Part shown: positions 31,250 through 37,629 of the stretch, piece after piece
Layout: the number at the start of each line of letters is the position of its first letter
Numbering within the stretch: position 1 is the first letter of the stretch
IMG/VR virus record: IMGVR_UViG_3300037473_000262
Source of the DNA: a virus
Strand: one strand, 5' to 3'
DNA length: 37,629 nucleotides
Made by a program: the position numbers and the translations under genes
The notes under the pieces: model-generated
Seen by the model: only the letters and a program-made list of their open reading frames with translations
What the model was told of the DNA's origin: nothing
Database searches by the model: none

Positions 31250-31474
31250 TCACTTTTTGCCCCGCATCGGCATTTTCGGTGCGGTTTTGCGCGTGCCGCC
31301 GGCAACGCTCGAATACCGCTTCGCTTCCTTCGCAGCATGAGCCTGCGCCGCCGAGTGGCGCGAACGATCCTGCATGATCTCCTGGGCGCGGGCAAGGGTG
31401 TCCGCATCCGACTGCGCCCGCCAGCGCTTTTCGTCCGCCGAGATCGACGGCGGCGCGGCCTTCTTCGTAGCCAT
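31250..31474 (-). CDS. Small basic protein (74 aa) with Lys-rich termini
   Basis: ORF track: MATKKAAPP...KTAPKMPMRGKK. It lies directly downstream of the ATP-grasp gene. Confidence 0.6.
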   Translation of the reverse strand: MATKKAAPPSISADEKRWRAQSDADTLARAQEIMQDRSRHSAAQAHAAKEAKRYSSVAGGTRKTAPKMPMRGKK

Positions 31475-31486
31475 CCTGTTCTCCTG

Positions 31487-32830
31487 TCAGTAACTGAGAC
31501 CTTTCGCGTAGCCCATGCGCTGGAGGTCAGGCAACTGCTTTTTCAGCCGGCCGACGCCGATGTCGGTGCGGTAGAACGGGCTGTTCGGGATTTTGACTTT
31601 TTTGATCGCGCTGTAGGCGGATCGTCGCGCACCGGTGATCGTGTCCCCGGTACCGGTCGCGATCATCACGTAGTCGCCGGCAGTGACCGGGCCTGGCAGG
31701 TCCACGACCTTGCCGTTCACCTCACGTGGCGCAACTCCCATCATGACCTCGGAAAAGTGCAGGTGGTCCATATCTTCGGCGCCGTAGATCGGAATTCCGC
31801 ACAGTTCCTTGTTCGTGATCTTCGAATACGGAAAGTCCGGCAGGGCCATCAGCACAGACACGCATACCTCATCCATCCGGAGCTTTATCGTGTCTTTCCC
31901 GTTGATCTTGTCGACCATCCACTGCGCCGGGTCGCCTTCGATCAGAGCGGTCAGGTTGTGGCGGATCGGCCAGCCGTCGCGCATCGTCCACTCGAGGGGA
32001 AACGGGCCCTTGCCGTCCGTGGGGATCATGCAGTTCACGTCGACGTAGCCGACATAGCCAATGCGGTGCAGGTGGTCCGTCGCGGGCTTCAGCACCTCGT
32101 CGGCCAGCTTCGACTGGCGAACGACGCGCACGGTAGTGCCCATCTCGCCGGTGTTCACGCCGAGATCGCCGTTCATCAGCTTCTTGTTTTCCCAGTTCTC
32201 GACCCAGCCCTTCGACCAGCCATCGGGGCCGAAGAAGCCGCCAACGGCCATTTCGATACCGTCGATCTTCTCCTGCAGGATGAAGCCGTCTTCGCGTGCG
32301 GCGGCGCGGTATCTGTCGATCTTCTTCCAGCGGCCGAGCATGTACACCATGTCGGCCGCATTGTTGGCTACGTACGACATGGCGCGCTCGCCATCGCCGG
32401 ATGGTTTGGAAACGAACGGTTTGGCGTTTTTTTTCACGTACGCTATTGCTGAATCGTAGTCGTGAAAAGTCTTGCCCGGAATGATGCGCATGCCGCACTC
32501 TTCCATGACCTTCTGACCGACGCCGCGGTCCAGTTCCCACTCGACGGCCGCCAGATTGCACCCGTAGATCGGGTAGCCGATCTTCCGGAAGGGCTCAAGC
32601 ATCTCGAGGTACGAGACGTTATCCGGTGTATAGATGAGGTCCGCCCAGCCGAGCCACTTGCGACGCAGCTCGTCATAGTCGCGGATCTTCGGCACGAACC
32701 CCTCGCCGGCATGACGGTCCGTTCCGTCGGGACGGGGCTTGTCGTACCATAGGACCTGATGCCCCCAGTCCTGGCAACGCATCAGCCAGTCGAGGCAGTT
32801 CGATCCGACGTCGATTGCTAGAATTCTCAT
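31487..32830 (-). CDS. PurD-like (phosphoribosylamine-glycine ligase family) ATP-grasp enzyme, 447 aa
   Basis: It is collinear with PurD as I recall the family: KPFVSKPSGDGERAMSYV (compare IVIKADGLAAGKGV), LQEKIDGIEMAV (compare EEFL.GeE.S), GDLGVNTGEMG (compare D.GPNTGGMG), PLEWTMRDGWP (compare IEFN.RFGDPE), and the C-terminal VTAGDYVMIATGTGDTITGARRSAYSAIKKVKIPNSPFYRTDIG. Confidence 0.8.
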   Translation of the reverse strand: MRILAIDVGSNCLDWLMRCQDWGHQVLWYDKPRPDGTDRHAGEGFVPKIRDYDELRRKWLGWADLIYTPDNVSYLEMLEPFRKIGYPIYGCNLAAVEWELDRGVGQKVMEECGMRIIPGKTFHDYDSAIAYVKKNAKPFVSKPSGDGERAMSYVANNAADMVYMLGRWKKIDRYRAAAREDGFILQEKIDGIEMAVGGFFGPDGWSKGWVENWENKKLMNGDLGVNTGEMGTTVRVVRQSKLADEVLKPATDHLHRIGYVGYVDVNCMIPTDGKGPFPLEWTMRDGWPIRHNLTALIEGDPAQWMVDKINGKDTIKLRMDEVCVSVLMALPDFPYSKITNKELCGIPIYGAEDMDHLHFSEVMMGVAPREVNGKVVDLPGPVTAGDYVMIATGTGDTITGARRSAYSAIKKVKIPNSPFYRTDIGVGRLKKQLPDLQRMGYAKGLSY

Positions 32831-32854
32831 GGTCGTTTTTCCTGGGAGACCACA

Positions 32855-33142
32855 ATGAAACGGCTTATTCCATTCGCTCTTTTATGCATAGCGGGTAGCG
32901 CCAATGCATGGGGACTCGCTGGATTGGGCTGGTATCAGACCTACCAGTACGGGGCCCCTCCGCCCGTTCAGGTACAGCAACCCAGCTACAGCGACAGCTA
33001 CAACCAGGGCTACATGGACGGCTTCAATGAAGCGCATGGCCTGATCGGACGCCATGGTTACGGCACGCACTACGACGAGGGGTATAAAGCGGCTCGTCAG
33101 TCGGTAGAGGCGACGTATCAACTCAACCGCCCGGCGTACTAG
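32855..33142 (+). CDS. Small secreted Tyr/Gly/Gln-rich protein (95 aa); opposite-strand moron candidate
   Basis: GGGAGA lies 5 nt upstream of the ATG. The signal peptide is MKRLIPFALLCIAGSANA followed by WG. This is the only plus-strand gene inside the late operon. Confidence 0.65.
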   Translation: MKRLIPFALLCIAGSANAWGLAGLGWYQTYQYGAPPPVQVQQPSYSDSYNQGYMDGFNEAHGLIGRHGYGTHYDEGYKAARQSVEATYQLNRPAY

Positions 33143-35225
33143 GGAGTTGCTCTGCTCCCTGGCCATATGCGGCGCGCAGGGATCCCATCGCGGCATTGCG
33201 CACTGCCGGCGTGCCACCCGAATACGCCTTGCGCAGCAACTCGCGCCCGCCCTCGGTTAGCAACGCCTTCGATGCGATGTAGGGGGTCACGACTGCCGCC
33301 ACGCCAGCGACTGGGTGCGTAAAGAGCAGCCCTCCGGTCCCGATCATGTGCGCCGCGGCGCTCGTCCCGGACGGATTGGCTCCCGTGCGATCGCCCGCAC
33401 GCGACATCGTGTCCGTCACGTCTTTGATGTCCTTGATCTCTTTCGCCGTGAAGCCCATGTCTGCGAGCTTCGGCTCAACGCGATCGATCTCGCGCCGGAA
33501 CTTCGAGAACGAGATACCGGACGCGCCGGGAGCGGTATTGCGTGCCTGCTCGAGTCCGTTGCGCAGCACGAAAGACTTTGCGTCCTGCAGGACCTGCGGC
33601 GCATGCTCACGCAGGATCGCCGTCACCTGCGCCGCCTGGCTAGGCTCCATCGACAGGTAGCGCTTCGCGATCGCTTCGGGCGCCTTCGTCGAGAAGGTCT
33701 CGCCCGTGAATGCAGCGTCCGTCACATCCTTGCCGAGAAGCTTGCCAAGCGCAGACTGGTCGATGAACTCGATCGATTTCGAGGCCTTCGCGTAGTTCTG
33801 GTTGGCGTCTTTTAAAGCTTTCGCGATAGGCGTGTCGGCGGTGCTCGCTGCGTCGAAATCCTTGTTGACAGCGCCGAACAGCCGGCGCGCCAGTACCTGG
33901 TTTGCGTTGGGATCAATGTCGGTGAAGATGTTCCCGGTGCGCCGCGCGGCCTTTCCCCATGCCGAGCGTGTCTTCATCGCGTCGGACACGGTCGTAGACT
34001 TCGCTCCCGCCACGGGCGGCGGGGGAACGCTGGCCGGTTTTCCGGTTGGCAACAGGATCGGCGACGCCTTTTGCACAGTCGGCGTTTCGGTAAGTTGGTC
34101 GAGAAGGCTTCGAGCCTGCTTCGCGATCTTCACCGCATCGCCCGCCGGCACGTTCTCATTCTCGCTGATGATTTTCTTCAGCTCGTCGACCGTGTTCTGA
34201 TACTTGATGACAGGCTTGTCGCCCGCGAGCGCGCGCACCTTTCCGTAGTCGGCCGAAGCCTGCTTGTCGCGCGCAGCCGCGATCTTTCCCACCGTCTCGG
34301 TATATGCGCCACGCAGCCTGTTCCCGATGGACTCGGCATCCGCCGTGCCCCCCGCGCTCAGCTGGTCGGCGAGTTCGTTCACGCGTCGCGCGCCGGCGGC
34401 CACCTGCCGCGCCTCATCGGCATTCGCCGTACCCTTCGATGGAAAGAGTTCGCGTAGCCTGTTCTCGAGGAATTGCAGCGACGAACTTCCGGTTTCCTGC
34501 CCCAGTGTCAGCGGGATACCTGACGATTCGGCCGCGCGCGCTGCTTCGCTTTGCGGGGGCCTCGCGATCTGACTCGGTCGCGTCGTCGCCAACCCACCGC
34601 CAGCACCGCCGAGCAACGTGCCAGCGATGCGCCCGGGAGTGCCGAACATGTCCTGGCCCGCCTCGCCGCCGATCGCCCCTCCCACCTGCGGTAGCACGCG
34701 TCCGAGCACCGTTTCACCGGCGCCAGGCAGTGCGGCGGCTGGCAGAGCCCGAAGAGCTGCGGCGCCATATCTCTGTGCGGTTGAGCGCGGCTCCGCCGAC
34801 GGACCGATGACACCGACCTTCTTCATCGCCGCCTGCAACGCTTCGTCACCAACCGGAAGGCTTTTTGACGTCGTCGGGAGTTGCGGCGCAGTCTTCTTTC
34901 CACCCGTGACGATGTCGAGCGCCTTGTTGAAAGCCTTCGCGGGAAGATCAACGAGGCTCTGCGCTTTCTCGGCAATCGGGCCAACCGTATCCGCAACGCC
35001 CTTAGCCAGATTGCCGCCTACGAACCCGGCCACGCTTTGCGGCGGCTGAGCCGGTGCAGGCTTTGCAGCAGGCGCCGCAGCGCCGCCCGACGCTGGCGAC
35101 GAAGCGCCCGAAGGTGGGCCGAGTCGCTGCTGCAAGATCGCGAAAGCCTGCTCCTTTGTAGCGCCTTCAGGACCCTGGACGTCATAGTTCTTCCCGTCCG
35201 GCGAGGTGAACGTGAATGTCGGCAT
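33123..35225 (-). CDS. Large internal virion / ejection-type protein (700 aa)
   Basis: The start was set at MPTFTFTSPDGKNYDVQGPEGATKEQAFAILQQ (ATG at 35225, TGATG overlap with the upstream stop). It has an Ala/Gly-rich low-complexity N-region followed by a long helical body. The function is inferred from position. Confidence 0.6.
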   Translation of the reverse strand: MPTFTFTSPDGKNYDVQGPEGATKEQAFAILQQRLGPPSGASSPASGGAAAPAAKPAPAQPPQSVAGFVGGNLAKGVADTVGPIAEKAQSLVDLPAKAFNKALDIVTGGKKTAPQLPTTSKSLPVGDEALQAAMKKVGVIGPSAEPRSTAQRYGAAALRALPAAALPGAGETVLGRVLPQVGGAIGGEAGQDMFGTPGRIAGTLLGGAGGGLATTRPSQIARPPQSEAARAAESSGIPLTLGQETGSSSLQFLENRLRELFPSKGTANADEARQVAAGARRVNELADQLSAGGTADAESIGNRLRGAYTETVGKIAAARDKQASADYGKVRALAGDKPVIKYQNTVDELKKIISENENVPAGDAVKIAKQARSLLDQLTETPTVQKASPILLPTGKPASVPPPPVAGAKSTTVSDAMKTRSAWGKAARRTGNIFTDIDPNANQVLARRLFGAVNKDFDAASTADTPIAKALKDANQNYAKASKSIEFIDQSALGKLLGKDVTDAAFTGETFSTKAPEAIAKRYLSMEPSQAAQVTAILREHAPQVLQDAKSFVLRNGLEQARNTAPGASGISFSKFRREIDRVEPKLADMGFTAKEIKDIKDVTDTMSRAGDRTGANPSGTSAAAHMIGTGGLLFTHPVAGVAAVVTPYIASKALLTEGGRELLRKAYSGGTPAVRNAAMGSLRAAYGQGAEQLPSTPGG

Positions 35226-36688
35226 CAGTGCTCCGTCACCGACCATCCAGCCGGCAACCCTCCTGCGGGCGGAGCAGGATTCGCCATCGGCTTGCCACGC
35301 GTCACCGCGTCACGAAATTCTGCGCGCACCTGCCCAGGTGAACGCTGAGCAGCAGCCATCTCGCGTTTCATCATGCCGATCACCGACGCGTACTGCTCCG
35401 GGGTCTGCGCGGTGTTGAGCATTTCGCGCGCGTGCTCCTTATCCGACACCGTGGGGGTGCCGCTCGGGCTGACGGCACGCGCGTACGCATTGATAAGCGA
35501 GTTGGTGGCCGCGCCGAACGCGACGATCTTCGGATCGCCTGTGTTCGTCTGGTACGCGTTCAGTGCCTTGTTGGCGGGCACGAACTGGCTGCGCGGTACC
35601 GAGTTCGACGCCTCAAGCGCAATGTCGGCAAACTGGTCGGCTTCGTTGACAGCCATACCCGCCTGTGCAGTTCGCGTGCCGAGTGCGCGCTCGCCCGACT
35701 TCACGCCTTCGAACTCCGCGACGGACGCCGCCAGATCCTTCCCGGTCATGCCCTGTGCCTGCGCCTGTTTTCGCACCTCGTTGCGCAGCGCGACCAGATT
35801 CTTCGATCCCTGCGCGCCACGGCCGAGGTTCTGCAGTACGGTTCGGTCGCCGGCGAGATACTGCTGCGCCATGAACTTCAGGTCATCAGGATCGAGGGCC
35901 GCATTCGGGTCGCCCTGCAGACGAGCGTTCAGCGACTCGCGCCGGACGTCGAGCATCGCGCGCTGGATACCGAGTGAATCCTGGTGAGCCTGCTCGCGAT
36001 CGGCGCGGTTTGCCGCGTTGTCTTCCGCGCGCTGGCGCAGCGAGTCGTAGCGCTCCTGCAACTGCGCGAGCTGAAGTTGATGCGTGAATTGCTGCTGCAA
36101 CTGCGCGGCCTGCGTCTTCGCCTGTGAATCCAGAATCGGCGTGAGTTGCTGAAGACCAGCCATCAGGTCGGCACCGGAAAGGCCTTGATCCTGCAAAACC
36201 TTGATCGCGCTGTCGAGCGTGAGCGGCCCCGATTGCTGCTGTTGACCCGCTCCACTGGAAGCCGGAGGCGGGGGCAATTGCGACATCTGAGCCTGAGCCG
36301 GAGAACCCGAAGTCGGCAATGGCCTGAACGGAGGCAGTCCTGCTGGTGTCATTCCACCCTGCGAGCCGCCCGAAGGAAGCGGCGGACGCGGCAATTGACC
36401 GGGCACAGCGCCGGACGGCAAAGGCGCCCCGACCTGCCGCATCGGTACAGACGGCTGGCCCGGATTCGGTGCCTGAGGCGGGGGTGGAAGTTGCTGTTGC
36501 TGCTGACCGGCTAAAAGAGTCGGAAGAGCGTTACCTGCCGCGGCGAGCGCAGCCTGCTGACGTTGACGATCCTGCTGCTGTTGTTGAAATTGAGCCATCT
36601 GCATCGCCGCGTACTGACGCTGCAACGCCTGCTGTTGCGCAGCCTGCTGGTCTTGCAGATAGTAAGGAAGCCCGGATAGTCCAGCCAT
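35225..36688 (-). CDS. Internal virion / ejection-type protein (487 aa) with a Gln/Pro-rich N-terminal third
   Basis: ORF track. The first ~150 residues are dominated by poly-Q and PPPP tracts. The function is inferred from position. Confidence 0.6.
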   Translation of the reverse strand: MAGLSGLPYYLQDQQAAQQQALQRQYAAMQMAQFQQQQQDRQRQQAALAAAGNALPTLLAGQQQQQLPPPPQAPNPGQPSVPMRQVGAPLPSGAVPGQLPRPPLPSGGSQGGMTPAGLPPFRPLPTSGSPAQAQMSQLPPPPASSGAGQQQQSGPLTLDSAIKVLQDQGLSGADLMAGLQQLTPILDSQAKTQAAQLQQQFTHQLQLAQLQERYDSLRQRAEDNAANRADREQAHQDSLGIQRAMLDVRRESLNARLQGDPNAALDPDDLKFMAQQYLAGDRTVLQNLGRGAQGSKNLVALRNEVRKQAQAQGMTGKDLAASVAEFEGVKSGERALGTRTAQAGMAVNEADQFADIALEASNSVPRSQFVPANKALNAYQTNTGDPKIVAFGAATNSLINAYARAVSPSGTPTVSDKEHAREMLNTAQTPEQYASVIGMMKREMAAAQRSPGQVRAEFRDAVTRGKPMANPAPPAGGLPAGWSVTEH

Positions 36689-36697
36689 GTCGATACC

Positions 36698-37629
36698 TCA
36701 CTGCAACGTGAATCCGTACGAGTTCCCGCCGCCGCTGTAATAGGGACTCGAATTGAACGCGCCGCTGAAATCTCCGCCACTGAACGATCCGCTGGCGGGA
36801 TTGAAAAGGTTAGAAAACGCGTTTTGCACCTGGGTATTGTTTCCAATTCCCTGAATGGCGTTCGACACAAGACTTCCTGCCGCTCCTGCGCCAGCCGACT
36901 GTGCCTGGAACGGCACGGACTGTGCGCCATTGCCGTAGTTCAGATAGGGGATGATCTGGCTGTTGATCGCACTGGCCGAAGACAGCGGCCCCTGCTCGAG
37001 CTGCTGCTGATAGGTCGCAGCAAGTTGGCCCGGCGCTGCGGACAGCCCCATTGCGGTCTGGTATGGCAACTGGCCAGCTTCGTACGTAGCACCTGCACCT
37101 GCCTGCCCCAACGTCGCACCCTGTCCTGCCAACTGTCCTGCCTGTCCCGCAGCCTGACCGTAGCCCTGCAGCCCCTGCAGCGCGCGCGACAGCTGGTTGT
37201 TCTGCCAGTCGATGTTGAAGTTCGACAGCGCCTGGTTCTGCACACCGGCGCCGGCAGCCGACGAGCCGAGACCGTACATGGAGTTGGTCGCGCCGGTCTG
37301 CTGCGTGACCTGGTTTAGCGTGCGATCGTATAGCGCGCTTTGCGGGTCCAGGCCCATGTTGAAGACCTGTTGCCCAGCGTTCAGCAGACCCTGCTGCGCG
37401 CCGAAATCTAGGCCGGCAGCGCCCTGCAGTTGGGAACCCAGATTGGCATACTGGCCACTCGCCATGTTGGCGTACTGCTGCGCGCCGGCCCCGTACTGGT
37501 TTTGTGACGCGAGACCACTCTGCAAGGCCTGCAGATACAGCGGATTCTGCTGCGTGAGCGCGCCCTGCGTGCCGAGTTCCTGCGCCAGCAACTGCTGCCA
37601 CGATTGATCGGCCGTGACGAGTCCGGTCG
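36698..37629 (-). CDS. C-terminal part of the junction-spanning Gly/Gln/Asn/Ser/Tyr-rich virion protein (continues at 128..248)
   Basis: The reading frame is open to the window end and joins 1..248 in frame through the 127-nt overlap. Low-complexity Q/G/A/N composition runs throughout. Confidence 0.8.
   Translation of the reverse strand, partial: TGLVTADQSWQQLLAQELGTQGALTQQNPLYLQALQSGLASQNQYGAGAQQYANMASGQYANLGSQLQGAAGLDFGAQQGLLNAGQQVFNMGLDPQSALYDRTLNQVTQQTGATNSMYGLGSSAAGAGVQNQALSNFNIDWQNNQLSRALQGLQGYGQAAGQAGQLAGQGATLGQAGAGATYEAGQLPYQTAMGLSAAPGQLAATYQQQLEQGPLSSASAINSQIIPYLNYGNGAQSVPFQAQSAGAGAAGSLVSNAIQGIGNNTQVQNAFSNLFNPASGSFSGGDFSGAFNSSPYYSGGGNSYGFTLQ
37503..37629. repeat. Terminal direct repeat, the second copy of nt 1-127
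   Basis: 127/127 identity with the window start. Confidence 0.95.

Noticed and set aside
30694-31407. The 237-aa form of the distal late gene starting at 31407.
   Set aside because: Its first 60 codons are extremely Arg-rich and overlap the better-looking 74-aa ORF (31250..31474) in another frame. The ATGATG at 31227 gives a compact, protein-like product.

Overview
This window is a complete, high-GC temperate phage genome. It looks podovirus-like, and the GC content and codon bias suggest a betaproteobacterial (Burkholderia-type) host; that host call is inferred and not verifiable here. The first 127 nt are identical to the last 127 nt, so the contig closes into a circle of 37,502 unique bp, and the cut point falls inside a gene.

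Layout:
1. A very long minus-strand late operon runs from about 16.1 kb down to nt 1 and continues across the junction from 37.6 kb down to 30.7 kb. In order it encodes the large terminase, two tiny basic ORFs, the portal, an HExxH mini-metalloprotease, a fibre-like protein, head proteins (scaffold-like, N4-gp56-type major capsid), tail proteins, a tail fibre with an S74 intramolecular chaperone, a lysis cassette (GH24 endolysin, 3TM holin), a cupin plus an Asp/Asn beta-hydroxylase-like enzyme, three large low-complexity internal virion proteins, a PurD-like ATP-grasp ligase and two small distal genes.
2. A minus-strand early operon runs from 23.2 kb down to 17.6 kb: Cro-like protein, ParB-like protein, SF2 helicase, Toprim primase, small proteins and a wHTH protein. 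It ends at an intrinsic terminator.
3. On the plus strand, a cI-type repressor (HTH + S24) is followed by a PL-like promoter buried in a 12-bp-arm palindrome, an operon of ORFans, a wHTH protein, an excisionase and a tyrosine integrase.
4. attP is a 59-nt 3-prime fragment of tRNA-Ser(CGA). Next to it sit an Arc/Mnt-like RHH repressor and a divergent 3-gene cassette that includes a lipoprotein.

Main hunt results:
- Three consecutive head proteins share one N-terminal leader peptide, and a portal-coupled Zn-protease-like gene lies beside them.
- Two diverged copies of a structured noncoding element lie in the two ORF-free gaps of the early/late transition.
- The virion/late operon carries an enzyme trio: ATP-grasp ligase, 2OG-type hydroxylase and cupin.
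- An AT-rich island with iterated motifs lies just upstream of the large terminase gene.
- Several opposite-strand or attP-proximal moron candidates are present.

No CRISPR array, rRNA, transposase, reverse transcriptase or recognisable small terminase was seen.
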